NCBI GenBank assembly: GCA_965140705.1
Contig: OZ223302.1
Span: 384,001 to 448,000, forward strand
Length of the DNA: 64,000 bases
Reading direction: 5' to 3'
Origin: an uncultured Arcobacter sp.
GTDB taxonomy: Bacteria > Campylobacterota > Campylobacteria > Campylobacterales > Arcobacteraceae
Positions 36,819 to 47,938 of the stretch are shown in pieces. Position numbers and translations under genes: made by a program. Numbering within the stretch: position 1 is the first letter of the stretch; every line of letters begins with the position of its first letter. Below the pieces are notes generated by a model. That model was not told the DNA's origin, did no database searches, and saw only the letters and a program-made list of their open reading frames with translations.

Positions 36819-38225
36819 ATCTTCATCCCTATTTCTAGCTCTTTGTTCTTTTAATTTTCTATAAATAAGTTTTCCTATTTTTGCTATATTTTCAAAGAAC
36901 TTAGTTGTATAAGTGGCATGGGTATTATTAATCTCTTCTCCTAGATTTACATCTAGTGCTTCTGATTTTTTCATGGCTAAAAGTTGAGAAGGGAATACAC
37001 TTCTATGTCCTGTCATCAAAAAGGCAATAATAATTGATAAAGCTGCATAATGGGCAACATTCATACCAAAAAGTTCAACTGCCATAATCATAGCTGCAAT
37101 TGGAGCACTAGTAGCACCTGCTAGAACACTCACAAAACCTAATGCTGCAAATAGTGGAATATATCCATCAACTAACCAACCAAAGAAATTTCCACTTGTA
37201 GCCCCTATATAAAATACAGGAGTAATAACTCCTCCACTTCCACCAAAACCTAAAGTAAGTGCAGTAAAAATAGTTTTAAAAATAAAAGCATACCAAGGTA
37301 CATTTTCATGAAGTTCAAAACTTGAAGATAGGGCACTTTTAATGGTTTCAAATCCTAGCCCTAAGTAATCAGTTCCAAAAATCATTGTAAGAATTACAAT
37401 TACAACCCCACCTAAAAAAGCTTTTAACATATAATTCATTTTTAAATTATTTGCAAATTTTTCAACAACTTCCATAGTAGTAATAATAAAATCTGCAACT
37501 AAACCAAAAAAGATACCACCAATTAAAATTTTAGCAATTAGTGCATAATTAAAATCAAATACCGTATAAAAAGCTATATCAAAATATGTGTAACTAATAC
37601 CAAATAACATTTTTGCCACAAAAAAAGCAGAAAATCCAGCAACAATAGATGGAAGTAAAATATCATACATCAAAGCACCGACAATTAATATCTCAACACC
37701 AAATATTGCACCAGCTAATGGAGTTCCAAATACAGAGGCAAAACCAGCACTAATACCACAAATAACCATCTTCTTTTTATCTCGTCTTGAGAACTTAAAT
37801 AAATTTGCTATAAAAGAAGCAGCAGCAGCACCTATTTGTGCACCTGGTCCCTCTTTACCAACTGAACCACCTGCAAATATAGTTAATACAGTTGCAAATA
37901 ATTTTACTGGTATTACTTTTATATCCATTTCACCAGATCTTTTATGCACAGCTTCAATAACTTTTTCTGTTCCATGACCTTGTGCTGTTGGTGCAAATTT
38001 TTTTATTAAAAATACAGTAAGAACAAGGGCAAAGGGTAAGGTGTAATAATAATTAAAAGGAAGTAGCTCTCTTGAGTTTTCACAATATTCTAAAAGCTTT
38101 AAAAATAAAGAGACAATTGCACCAACAAGTGCACCAATTAAAGAAGAAATCAATATCCATTTTGTGATACTTGCGAACATTACTGTTTGTTCAGCAAGGT
38201 GTTTGTTTAAGTTTTTATTTGTCAT
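36813..38225 (-). CDS. CLC chloride channel/antiporter family protein
   Basis: GHGTE, GSVGKEGP, GTPLAGAIFGVE, GGVITP. Confidence 0.92.
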   Translation of the reverse strand: MTNKNLNKHLAEQTVMFASITKWILISSLIGALVGAIVSLFLKLLEYCENSRELLPFNYYYTLPFALVLTVFLIKKFAPTAQGHGTEKVIEAVHKRSGEMDIKVIPVKLFATVLTIFAGGSVGKEGPGAQIGAAAASFIANLFKFSRRDKKKMVICGISAGFASVFGTPLAGAIFGVEILIVGALMYDILLPSIVAGFSAFFVAKMLFGISYTYFDIAFYTVFDFNYALIAKILIGGIFFGLVADFIITTMEVVEKFANNLKMNYMLKAFLGGVVIVILTMIFGTDYLGLGFETIKSALSSSFELHENVPWYAFIFKTIFTALTLGFGGSGGVITPVFYIGATSGNFFGWLVDGYIPLFAALGFVSVLAGATSAPIAAMIMAVELFGMNVAHYAALSIIIAFLMTGHRSVFPSQLLAMKKSEALDVNLGEEINNTHATYTTKFFENIAKIGKLIYRKLKEQRARNRDEDL

Positions 38226-38318
38226 GCTAGCTACTTTAAAAAAGTGTTTTATTAGTAAGCGATTATATCAGAAAAAAAATAATATTTAGTTTGAATAAAC
38301 CCTAAAAACCAAAGATTT

Positions 38319-39002
38319 TTAAGATTTTATATTTTCCAAATATTGATCAATTGTTTTAAACTCTTCTATGCCTTTTGGCTCTATTTTTAAAATGTCAGCC
38401 ATTGACTTTACACCCATTGATAATAGGTATTGTAAATTTGTATCAAAAGTAGCTTCTTCTATTACTAAAATTTTATCTTTATGAACCTCAAACATAAATC
38501 CACCATTTGGAATTGGGGTCATAGAAAGTGTAACAGTATAGTGATCTTTAACAATACTCTCATTTGTAGAGTACATAAGTCCAATATTATAATCTTCTTT
38601 AGAAAATCCTCTTATTAGAACAACTAGTACTTTCTTTTCCCCAGATTTTGAAGTATTGAATATATTTATAAGCTCTTTTACTGTCTCATACCCAGGTATC
38701 TTAGAGTAGATTTTTTGAACAAAGTCTCCAAGTCTTGTCTCTACAAAAATTCCAACAATATATGCAATAAAAAGTAATAAACAAACTCCAACAATAGTCC
38801 AAATAAAAGGGAAATGTTCTGGATTTATCCCAATAGTTTTAAATAAATATCCTGTTATTGAATCTATTTTTCCATATATCCAGTTAATAATAACAGTAAT
38901 GGCAACAATTGGAGCTAACCAAAAAAGACCTTTTACTATTATTTCAAAAATATGATTTTTACCATGACTTAAAAAATCTCTTAACTTATTTAACATATTC
39001 AT
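38319..39002 (-). CDS. DUF502 family membrane protein
   Basis: Two N-terminal TMs, KIPG, MTPIPNGGF, LSMGV. Confidence 0.75.
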   Translation of the reverse strand: MNMLNKLRDFLSHGKNHIFEIIVKGLFWLAPIVAITVIINWIYGKIDSITGYLFKTIGINPEHFPFIWTIVGVCLLLFIAYIVGIFVETRLGDFVQKIYSKIPGYETVKELINIFNTSKSGEKKVLVVLIRGFSKEDYNIGLMYSTNESIVKDHYTVTLSMTPIPNGGFMFEVHKDKILVIEEATFDTNLQYLLSMGVKSMADILKIEPKGIEEFKTIDQYLENIKS

Positions 39003-39084
39003 CCTTTAAAAAATTATATCATTATTTGGATATTTTATATACAAATAATTTTTCTATTATTTAATTTTTTTGATAATATATCAT

Positions 39085-40689
39085 ATGGAATCAATACTAT
39101 TTATTTTATTTATATCATTATCAATTTCGACTATTTTAAATATCATATTTAAAAAACTATCAGTATCACATATTTTAGGATATATCATAACTGGTACGCT
39201 AATAAGTACCTTATTTAATTTTAATGGTGAAGAAGATCTTGATGCTTTAAATCTAATTGCCGAATTCGGTATAGTTTTTTTAATGTTCTCAATAGGATTA
39301 GAAATGCCTATAGAAAAACTAAAAAGAATGAAAAATGCTCTGATTTTTGATGGTTTATCACAAGTATTTATTAGTGCAATTATTATATTTCTTATTTCTA
39401 AATTTGTCTTTTCAATTGATACAAATTCATCTTTAATAATTTCACTTGCATTTTCACTATCTTCAACTGCCATTGTTTTGACTTATTTAAAACAATCAAA
39501 AGATATATATACACCCTATGGACAAAGGGCAACTGCAATTTTGATATTTCAAGATTTAGCAGTAATTCCAATACTCTTACTTATTAGTTTTTTATCAAAT
39601 GACACCTTAAGTTTGCAAGAAGTACTTTTAAAAACAGTAGTTTCAGCTGTTGGAATTATAGCTTTTATGTTTATTATTGGGAAAAAACTTATTTCATTGC
39701 TTTTGAGACTTTCAACTCAAACAAAACTTGAAGAGTTATTTTTAGCTTCTGTTTTATCAATAGTAATTGGAACTTCTATTTTAGCCCATAGTTTAGGATT
39801 TACATACTCTCTTGGTGCTTTTATTGCTGGTATGATTATTGCTGATAGTTCTTTTCATGTAAAGGTTGAATCGGATATTTCATCTTATAAAGATTTACTT
39901 TTGGGTACGTTTTTCTTTTCAGTTGGGACAAAAATAGATGTTGGTTTTTTACTTTCAAATATCCATTATGTCTTATTAATCTTTTTAGGTGTTATGGCTA
40001 TAAAGGCTTCTGTAATTTATTTTATTATTAAGTTCAAAGAGAATAAAAGTGACTCGGTAAAATCAGCAATTGCCCTTTGTCAAGTGGGAGAGTTCTCTTT
40101 CGCAGTTTTCGCCCTTGCTGCAACTAATAATATTTTATCAGAAGAGTTAAGTAAATTTTTGATTTTGGTTACTGTCTTATCTATGATAATTACACCTTTT
40201 ATTGTAAATAATATCTATAAATTAGCTTCTTATTTTGTAGTTGAATTTTATGAATCTGATAAGATTACACCTATTGATCAAAGAAACCATACTATTGTTT
40301 GTGGATACTCTATGCTTGGAAGAATGATTGCAAATACTTTAGAAGAAAAAAAAGTACCTTTTGTAATTATCTCAGATGACTTAAGACACGTTTTACTTGC
40401 TAGAAAAAGGGGCTTTAAAGCATACTTTGGACACTTAGATAAACTTCCAGTATTGGAATCATTAAAAGCTGATGAAACTTCAAGTATCATAATAACACTT
40501 GATAATATAAATAAAATAAGTCTTATTTGTACTGCTGTATTATCATTTTATAAAGATGCAAATTTAGTTGTAAAAGTCGATAGTATAGAAGAGAAAAAAA
40601 TGCTAAAAGAGTTAAATATCAAGAAATTTGTATATGCTTATCAAGAGGTTGCTGAACTGCTTGTAAAAGAGAGTTTGGAGTTTCAATAA
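39085..40689 (+). CDS. CPA2 cation:proton antiporter with TrkA-N domain (KefB/KefC-like)
   Basis: AEFGIVFLMFSIGLE, LSSTAIV, LIFQDLAV, QVGEFSF, C-terminal VCGY NAD fold; start likely ATG 39085. Confidence 0.9.
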   Translation: MESILFILFISLSISTILNIIFKKLSVSHILGYIITGTLISTLFNFNGEEDLDALNLIAEFGIVFLMFSIGLEMPIEKLKRMKNALIFDGLSQVFISAIIIFLISKFVFSIDTNSSLIISLAFSLSSTAIVLTYLKQSKDIYTPYGQRATAILIFQDLAVIPILLLISFLSNDTLSLQEVLLKTVVSAVGIIAFMFIIGKKLISLLLRLSTQTKLEELFLASVLSIVIGTSILAHSLGFTYSLGAFIAGMIIADSSFHVKVESDISSYKDLLLGTFFFSVGTKIDVGFLLSNIHYVLLIFLGVMAIKASVIYFIIKFKENKSDSVKSAIALCQVGEFSFAVFALAATNNILSEELSKFLILVTVLSMIITPFIVNNIYKLASYFVVEFYESDKITPIDQRNHTIVCGYSMLGRMIANTLEEKKVPFVIISDDLRHVLLARKRGFKAYFGHLDKLPVLESLKADETSSIIITLDNINKISLICTAVLSFYKDANLVVKVDSIEEKKMLKELNIKKFVYAYQEVAELLVKESLEFQ

Positions 40690-40873
40690 ACAACCTTTAA
40701 TATTTGACTATTTTGGTGAATGTCAATTATAAAGATTGTAAATTTAAGACTTGTATATAAAAAATTAATATTGAATATTAACTTATAAAAATAGCAAAAG
40801 CATAGCTAAAAGGCTTAAATCGTATTTAATGAATAATTAACTATAATCTCTAACTAAATTTAGGGAGATTCTT

Positions 40874-41962
40874 TTGTACGAAAAAGAACTTAATGCTATA
40901 AAAAAATCTAACTTATATAGACAAAGAAAGATCTTTGATGAAAATCTAATAGATTTAGCTTCAAATGACTACTTAGGTCTTGCAGGCAATGAAACACTTT
41001 TCAAAAATGCCTATGAAAATGTATTAAAACAAAAATACAGATCCCCAAAAGCTTCAATCTTAGTAAATGGATATAGTCCTATTCACAAAAAATTTGAAGA
41101 TGATTTAAAAAAAGCAAATAAATTTGAAGAAGCTTTAGTAGTGGGAAGTGGATTTTTAGCAAATGTCTCAATGATAGAAGCATTAGTTCGAAAAGGTGAT
41201 ACACTTTTTATTGATGAAGAATATCATGCAAGTGGAATACTTGCTACAAAACTATTAAAAAAAGAGCAAGTAATTCTTTTTTCACATAATGATTACCAAG
41301 ATTTAGAAAATAAAATTAAAAATAAAGAAACTAAAGGTAGATTTATTATTGCTATTGAAGGTGTTTATTCAATGAGTGGGAATATTGCCCATAAAGAGTT
41401 CTTCGATATATCAAATAAATATAAGGCTTTATTAATAGTTGATGAAGCACATAGTTCAGGTATTATTGGAGATAATCTTTTAGGAATATTTGATTATTAC
41501 AATATCAAACCACAAAAAAATCATATAAAAATGGGAACTCTTGGAAAAGCTTATGGAAGCTATGGAGCATATATTTTATCATCAAAAAATATAATTGATT
41601 TTTTAATAAATAGAGCAAAAGCTGTTATTTATACAACTGCTCCCTCACTATTTGATATTGCCTTAGCTAATGAATCTTTGAAATATATATTAACAAATAC
41701 AAATGAAATAAAAACAAAAATTAAAGATAGACAAAAAGTTGTAAAAGATGAGCTAGGCATTGATGCTAAATCTTTAATTATAGCTTATGAAATTGGTGAA
41801 AACAAAAAAGTTTTAGAAATACAAAAAAAAGTTTTAGAAAAGGGCTATATAGTAGGTGCTATTAGGCAACCAACAGTAAAAAGTGCTATTATTAGAGTTA
41901 TTCCTAAAATTGATGTTTCAATAAATGATTTACAAAAAGTTTGTAAACTAATTAAAAAATAA
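40874..41962 (+). CDS. bioF: 8-amino-7-oxononanoate synthase
   Basis: ASNDYLGL, EGVYSMSG, VDEAHS, GTLGKAYG, AIRQPTV; TTG start with RBS GGAG. Confidence 0.88.
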   Translation: MYEKELNAIKKSNLYRQRKIFDENLIDLASNDYLGLAGNETLFKNAYENVLKQKYRSPKASILVNGYSPIHKKFEDDLKKANKFEEALVVGSGFLANVSMIEALVRKGDTLFIDEEYHASGILATKLLKKEQVILFSHNDYQDLENKIKNKETKGRFIIAIEGVYSMSGNIAHKEFFDISNKYKALLIVDEAHSSGIIGDNLLGIFDYYNIKPQKNHIKMGTLGKAYGSYGAYILSSKNIIDFLINRAKAVIYTTAPSLFDIALANESLKYILTNTNEIKTKIKDRQKVVKDELGIDAKSLIIAYEIGENKKVLEIQKKVLEKGYIVGAIRQPTVKSAIIRVIPKIDVSINDLQKVCKLIKK

Positions 41963-41975
41963 CCGAGAGGAAATT

Positions 41976-42623
41976 ATGGATACTATTAAAAGATTAATTA
42001 TGGGAAATGAAAAGTTCAAAAAAGAATATTTCCCTTACTTTGAAAAAGATTTAAAAGAGAGTGTTCAATTAGGACAAAGGCCCGAAGTTTTATTTATTGG
42101 ATGTTCAGATAGTAGAGTTACTCCTGAATTAATGCTAGATACTCAGCCAGGAGATATGTTTATTTTAAGAAATGTTGGTAACTTTGTACCACCATATAAG
42201 CATGATGAAGATTTCCACGGAAGTGCTGCTGCTATTGAGTTTGCAGTTTCAGTTCTAAATGTAAAAAATATTATTATTTGTGGACATTCTCATTGTGGAG
42301 CATGTAAAGCACTGTATGATGATATTTCCGATGATTCTAAAATGGTTCACGTAAGAGTATGGCTAGAGCTTGGTCAAGAAGCTAAACAAAGAACCATAAA
42401 AAGTCAAAAATTTGAAACACTAGAAGAAAAATATAGAGCGACTGAAAGAAATTCTATTAGAAATCAACTTGAAAATTTACTAACCTATCCAGAAGTGAAA
42501 AAAAGATTTGATAATGGTGAAGTTTTAATTCATGGGTGGTATTATGATATAGAGACTGGTAATATCGATTTTTATGATAAAAATGAAGATAATTTTAAAC
42601 CATTAAAGGATTTCATACTATGA
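41976..42623 (+). CDS. cynT: Beta-class carbonic anhydrase
   Basis: CSDSRV, RNVGN, CGHSHCGA, HGWYY. Confidence 0.93.
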   Translation: MDTIKRLIMGNEKFKKEYFPYFEKDLKESVQLGQRPEVLFIGCSDSRVTPELMLDTQPGDMFILRNVGNFVPPYKHDEDFHGSAAAIEFAVSVLNVKNIIICGHSHCGACKALYDDISDDSKMVHVRVWLELGQEAKQRTIKSQKFETLEEKYRATERNSIRNQLENLLTYPEVKKRFDNGEVLIHGWYYDIETGNIDFYDKNEDNFKPLKDFIL

Positions 42624-42937
42624 GTGAACCAGAAATTAGAAAAATACCTAAGAAAAGTATAATTATTATAGTAGTTTTAATTATTTTAGCTATTGTTGGT
42701 TATTTATTAATAATCTTATCAAGAGACGCTAAAATAACAGAAGTTTTAAATTCACTTGGTTATAAGCACATAAGTAAAGTAAAAGTCTATAGTGCTGCAC
42801 CAGTAGAAGATAAAACAACTAGAATACAAAGTAAACTATATAAAGTCAGTTTTATTAACGATGAGACTAAACAAGAGTGTTATGGTTTTATAAATGAGCA
42901 TAATGGAAAATTTAAAAAAGAAATAGAGTGTAAATAA
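42620..42937 (+). CDS. Small membrane-anchored hypothetical protein
   Basis: N-terminal TM helix; operonic overlap with neighbours. Confidence 0.7.
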   Translation: MSEPEIRKIPKKSIIIIVVLIILAIVGYLLIILSRDAKITEVLNSLGYKHISKVKVYSAAPVEDKTTRIQSKLYKVSFINDETKQECYGFINEHNGKFKKEIECK

Positions 42938-42938
42938 A

Positions 42939-44000
42939 ATGAGTATTATTGAAAAATTAGAAAGAAATGAAAGATTAAATTACGAAGAAGCATTAGAACT
43001 TTATGATTTAGATTTATTTGTTTTAGGTAAATATGCAAATAAATTAAGAGAAGAAAAACATGGGAAAAAAAGTTATTTTAATGTAAATAGACATATAAAT
43101 CCCACAAATATCTGTAAAGATGTATGTCAATTCTGTGCATACAGTGCAAGTAGAAAAAACCCTAAACCTTATACTTTAAAACATGAAGAGATTATGGATA
43201 TTGTTAAAAACTCTACATTAAATGGCATAAAAGAAGTGCATATAGTATCTGCCCATAATCCAGAAACTGGATTAGAGTGGTATTTAGAAATTTTCAAAAA
43301 AATAAAAACTGCTTATCCTAATATCCATGTAAAAGCCTTAACAGCAGCAGAAATTCACTTTTTAAGTGAAGAGTACAATAAAAGCCATAAAGAAATAATT
43401 GATTTAATGGTTGAATATGGTGTTGATTCAATGCCAGGTGGTGGAGCTGAAATCTTTGATGAAAAGGTGCGAAAAAGAATCTGTGGAGGTAAAGTTACAT
43501 CACAACAATGGCTTGATATCCATGAATTATGGCATAAAAAAGGTAAAAAAAGTAATGCAACTATGCTTTTTGGACATATAGAAACAAGAGAACATAGAAT
43601 TGACCATATTTTAAGACTAAGGGATTTACAAGATAGAAGTGGTGGATTTAATGCATTTATTCCCCTTGTTTATCAAAAAGAGAACAACTTCTTAAAAGTA
43701 AAAAATTTCCTAACAGGACAAGAGATACTAAAAACTATGGCTATTTCTAGAATCTTACTTGATAATATTCCTCACATAAAAGCTTATTGGGTAACTTCAA
43801 CAGTAAAACTAGCCCTTGTAGCTCAAGAGTTTGGAGCAAATGATTTAGATGGAACAATAGAAAAAGAGTCAATTCAAAGTGCAGCAGGAGCTGCAAGTGC
43901 AAATGGTCTGCCAATTGGTTCATTTGTTGATTTAATTAAAAATTCTGGATTTATTCCAGTTGAAAGAGACTCAGTTTACAACGAACTAAAAGTTTGGTAA
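42939..44000 (+). CDS. mqnE: Aminofutalosine synthase (radical SAM)
   Basis: NRHINPTNICKDVCQFC, MPGGGAEIF, NATMLFGHIE, IKAYW, GANDLDGT. Confidence 0.92.
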   Translation: MSIIEKLERNERLNYEEALELYDLDLFVLGKYANKLREEKHGKKSYFNVNRHINPTNICKDVCQFCAYSASRKNPKPYTLKHEEIMDIVKNSTLNGIKEVHIVSAHNPETGLEWYLEIFKKIKTAYPNIHVKALTAAEIHFLSEEYNKSHKEIIDLMVEYGVDSMPGGGAEIFDEKVRKRICGGKVTSQQWLDIHELWHKKGKKSNATMLFGHIETREHRIDHILRLRDLQDRSGGFNAFIPLVYQKENNFLKVKNFLTGQEILKTMAISRILLDNIPHIKAYWVTSTVKLALVAQEFGANDLDGTIEKESIQSAAGAASANGLPIGSFVDLIKNSGFIPVERDSVYNELKVW

Positions 44001-44001
44001 A

Positions 44002-45588
44002 CTATTTGTTTTGATTAAATTGAAGTCCAAAATCGACTTCAATACTTGAGTCTTGATTTTTCAAAAATATTATTGGATAAGATACATTTATTGAGTATAA
44101 CTCTTTATTTAAATTACTCAATAAATTAAAAAACTCTATAGGTGAATTTATAACCATATTCACCCTATAGTTATATGTAGAAATATTTAAATTAAATGTT
44201 GAATCATATACTAACACTGCGCTTTTAGGTAATATAATTTTTAACTGATCAGTTACTCTTTTTACAGGCATAAATCCATCATCTATATATTTTGGAAGTG
44301 CTGCATTATATATCTTACTTGTATCAATTTCAACTGGATCACTATTATATATACTTACATCAAGGGCAATATTTTTTGAATCTTTTACTTGTATATTTGA
44401 ATACTTATAAAATTTTAAAAGTTTAGGTTGTATATCTTTAATATAAGAATCAGGGGTTAACATTTTCCCAGTAATGGTTGAATTATCACTTTTTACTTCT
44501 AAACTATCTATTACCATATCATAAGGAATAGCATTTAGTAAAACAACAATATCATCTCTTATTTGATTATTTGCATTTATGTGATTTGGCAAGGGATATT
44601 TTTTTTCAACTACTACTTTTTTAGGTTCTTCTTTTTTTGCCGTTTTTATTTGTTGAACAATATTAATAACCTTATCTTTGTAATAAATTCCAGAAGCTGT
44701 TAATGCCAATAAAAATACTAACAATAATAAAATCCATTTAGTTGATGATTTTCCTTTTTTAACTCTTGGTTTTACATAACTTTGTAATAGTCTATTAGGA
44801 CCTCTTGAAAGCTCATAAATAGAATCTTTTAGTGAAATATAGTGATAGTGAGTACTTATCATTATATCATCTTCTAATTGCTGAATTTGCTCATCACTTA
44901 ATTGTTTAATGGTGTACAAGATATCTATTTTATCTACAAAGCACTCACTCTTATTAGTATAAAACTCTTTAAGTGTTTTAGAAATAAAATTTTGTAATTC
45001 TAAAAAATAGACTTCATCATAAAGTTTTTGACCCAATACTTCTGATTCATAAAATCTAGAATCTTTTATATCTTTGAACTCGGGAACTTTTTGTATTTTG
45101 TTAAAAACAATTTTATTTAACTCATTTACAATTACAATATAAATATAATCACTAACAGTTAAAACAACTAGCGTATTAGAAGTTGGATTTTGTTCTAAAT
45201 GTTGATTTAAAACTTGAAAGGGAGAAAAAACATAATCCAATCCTGTAAACTCAAAATAGTGTTCTACTTCAAAAAGTTTCTCTTTTTTTACAACTACGTC
45301 AAAGCTATTATTTAATTGAACTTTTGAGTATTCTAATAGTTTTTTATTGGTTTTATTGATTATCTTTTCATCTTGGCATAAACACAAAGTAGAAATAAAA
45401 GTTTTAGGAACTGCTTCTTGCCATTGATTTATTTTTTGTGCAATATCCCTTGAAAGTATTTCGTCATGGGTTATAAAAGTTGATTCTTCTGTTTTATCTA
45501 AATCTTCATTTTTAAGTTTTTTAAAATCAATTTTTAATTGTGTATCATATTTTAAAATACTTATATATTGAGAATTTTTTGCAAACAT
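44002..45588 (-). CDS. Membrane-anchored hypothetical protein
   Basis: 528-aa ORF with one central TM; operonic with the miaB cluster. Confidence 0.7.
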   Translation of the reverse strand: MFAKNSQYISILKYDTQLKIDFKKLKNEDLDKTEESTFITHDEILSRDIAQKINQWQEAVPKTFISTLCLCQDEKIINKTNKKLLEYSKVQLNNSFDVVVKKEKLFEVEHYFEFTGLDYVFSPFQVLNQHLEQNPTSNTLVVLTVSDYIYIVIVNELNKIVFNKIQKVPEFKDIKDSRFYESEVLGQKLYDEVYFLELQNFISKTLKEFYTNKSECFVDKIDILYTIKQLSDEQIQQLEDDIMISTHYHYISLKDSIYELSRGPNRLLQSYVKPRVKKGKSSTKWILLLLVFLLALTASGIYYKDKVINIVQQIKTAKKEEPKKVVVEKKYPLPNHINANNQIRDDIVVLLNAIPYDMVIDSLEVKSDNSTITGKMLTPDSYIKDIQPKLLKFYKYSNIQVKDSKNIALDVSIYNSDPVEIDTSKIYNAALPKYIDDGFMPVKRVTDQLKIILPKSAVLVYDSTFNLNISTYNYRVNMVINSPIEFFNLLSNLNKELYSINVSYPIIFLKNQDSSIEVDFGLQFNQNK

Positions 45589-45599
45589 AAAAACCTCTT

Positions 45600-46214
45600 T
45601 TATTTCATTGCATTAACTAAAAGTTTATTTTGTATAAACTCTTTAGCTTGGGGCATATCTAACTCAGATACACTAAACGGCTCACTCACATAAAAATCTA
45701 TCACACCAAATGGTTTTGGAATAATAAACTTATCCCAAGAATTAAATTGCCAATATTTACTTGGCTTACAATTGAATGCTAAAATTTTAGCATCTGTTTT
45801 CTTATGAATTGCTACTATTCCATCAGCAACAGAAAATCTAGGACCTTTTGGACCATCAGGAGTGATTGCAATATCATCTCCACCTTTTAACTCTTTTATT
45901 GCACCAATTAAAGCTTTAGTTCCACCTCTTGTACTTGATCCCCTAATAGAATAAATTCCCAAGTATTCAACAGTTTTAGTAATTGCCTCTCCATCTTTAT
46001 GGTCACTTATCATCGCACTTACTTTACCTTTTGGTTTAAGTTTTTGATAATTAAAAGGTTGCATTAAAAGTTCACCATGCCAAAAAGAGACAATATAAAC
46101 ATCATCTTTTAACTCTTTTGGATGGTGAAAATTCTTTTTATTTGTTAAATATACAAATCTTACAAATAATTGCAAAAAGAATGGCACAATTCGTGTTATA
46201 AAAAAAAGCTTCAT
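45600..46214 (-). CDS. DUF374 lysophospholipid acyltransferase family protein
   Basis: [39 protein letters not shown]. Confidence 0.88.
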   Translation of the reverse strand: MKLFFITRIVPFFLQLFVRFVYLTNKKNFHHPKELKDDVYIVSFWHGELLMQPFNYQKLKPKGKVSAMISDHKDGEAITKTVEYLGIYSIRGSSTRGGTKALIGAIKELKGGDDIAITPDGPKGPRFSVADGIVAIHKKTDAKILAFNCKPSKYWQFNSWDKFIIPKPFGVIDFYVSEPFSVSELDMPQAKEFIQNKLLVNAMK

Positions 46215-47530
46215 TCGCTTATTACTTCACCTTTTAATGCCGTTCTACTTGCATCATTTATTTTTACTTTTACAAATTTTCCAAGAAGTTCATCACTTCC
46301 TTTTACAAAAACTTGACACCAATTATCTGTAAATCCACAAACTTCTCCATCAGATTTTAGATTCTCAACCAAAATCTCAACAGTTTTCCCAATATATGAA
46401 TTCATATGTTCAACTAAATGTTCTTTATGCAAGTCAATTACTTTTATTAATCTAGCACCTGCAATCTCATCATCTACTTCTTGATCTTTTAAAGCTAAGG
46501 CTGCTGTATTTGGACGAGGAGAATATTTGAAGTTGAATATTTGATCAAATTTAACCTTTTCTATTACATCTATAGTATCTTCAAAATCCTCTTGTGTTTC
46601 CCCTGGAAAACCAACAATAATATCAGTTGTAATTCTAACATTTGGTACAAGTCTTCTAATTTTTTCTGCTCTATTTAAGAACCACTCTTTTGTGTATCCT
46701 CTTTTCATAGCTTTTAAAATAGAAGTTGAACCACTTTGAAGTGGCATATGGATACATTTACTAATTTTAGGATTAGAAGAAAACTCTTCAATAAACTCAT
46801 CATCCATATGTAAAGGATGAGGAGAAGTAAATCTTATTCTTCTTAAGCCCTCTATTTTAGATATTTCTTGTAAAAGTTTTGTAAAAGTTGTTTTTGCTCT
46901 TTTATCTGAAAATCTTCTTCCATAAGAGTTAACATTTTGTCCTAAAAGCATAACTTCAACTGCACCTTTATCTACATCTTTTTGGATTTGTTGAACAATC
47001 ATTTCAGGTGGAATAGATATCTCATCACCCCTTGTTGCAGGAACAATACAATATGTACACTCTTTATCACATCCAATTGAAATATTTACAGAAGTTTTAT
47101 ACATAGAAGTTTCAGTTCTCGCAAACTCATAAGTACTATCGTCATTTTCAATTGAAATTTCAACAGCACCTTTTACATCAATAATATCTTTTATTTTTGA
47201 AATATTTCGTGCACCTACAACAAAATCAACATAAGGAGCTCTTTTAATAATATCTTTTCCTAAATGTGAGGCAGTACAACCACAAACACCAATTTTAGCT
47301 CCATCTTTTTTCTTAGCATTAAATTGCCCTATTTCTGAAAAAAGTTTTTGTACTGGCTTTTCTCTTACTGAACAAGTATTAATAATAATAAGATCTGCAT
47401 CTTCCATACTATCAGTTGTTTTATAATCTTTATACTTTTCTAGTTCAGCAATTATGTGTTGGCTGTCAGTATCATTCATCTGACAACCAAGCGTTTGTAT
47501 AAATAATTTTTTAGATTCTTCTTTGCTCAT
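46211..47530 (-). CDS. miaB: tRNA-2-methylthio-N6-dimethylallyladenosine synthase
   Basis: [40 protein letters not shown]. Confidence 0.96.
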   Translation of the reverse strand: MSKEESKKLFIQTLGCQMNDTDSQHIIAELEKYKDYKTTDSMEDADLIIINTCSVREKPVQKLFSEIGQFNAKKKDGAKIGVCGCTASHLGKDIIKRAPYVDFVVGARNISKIKDIIDVKGAVEISIENDDSTYEFARTETSMYKTSVNISIGCDKECTYCIVPATRGDEISIPPEMIVQQIQKDVDKGAVEVMLLGQNVNSYGRRFSDKRAKTTFTKLLQEISKIEGLRRIRFTSPHPLHMDDEFIEEFSSNPKISKCIHMPLQSGSTSILKAMKRGYTKEWFLNRAEKIRRLVPNVRITTDIIVGFPGETQEDFEDTIDVIEKVKFDQIFNFKYSPRPNTAALALKDQEVDDEIAGARLIKVIDLHKEHLVEHMNSYIGKTVEILVENLKSDGEVCGFTDNWCQVFVKGSDELLGKFVKVKINDASRTALKGEVISE

Positions 47531-47547
47531 TATTATTTCACTTTAAA

Positions 47548-47790
47548 TTAAAGTGCATGTACCTCATACATATACTCATCCTCAGCTAAACCATATCTTA
47601 CTTCTCTAAAGTATACGTTATACCCCTCACCTTCTAAAGCATCAACTAATGCCATCATATCTTTATGTGAATTATCTTTATCAAAATAAAATATTTTTTC
47701 TCCAAGTTCTTTTAACTCTTCGATTATCTTATCAATTTTTACTTTTTTTGGTTTTTCATTTAATTCGTTTCTTGCGAACAATAATTCCAT
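47548..47790 (-). CDS. HP0268 family nuclease-like protein
   Basis: 80 aa, FYFDKDNSHKD, REVRYGL, YMYEVH; upstream of miaB as in Campylobacterota. Confidence 0.85.
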   Translation of the reverse strand: MELLFARNELNEKPKKVKIDKIIEELKELGEKIFYFDKDNSHKDMMALVDALEGEGYNVYFREVRYGLAEDEYMYEVHAL

Positions 47791-47938
47791 CTCTATAAGC
47801 CTTTTATGTTTAAATTTAACTATATATTTTATCTTAAAGTTACTTTTATTTTTATAAAAGAAGTTTTAGATATAATATTGTTCTACATTCACATTGAAAA
47901 TCACAAAAATCATAGTTCAATGTTAAAAAAGGTTATAA

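Noticed and set aside
40775..40806. Weak GCTATG-N5-GCTATT-N9-TAATAT match on the minus strand upstream of bioF
   Set aside because: Both hexamers mismatch the consensus, and it points antisense into the antiporter 3' end with no gene to drive; probably chance
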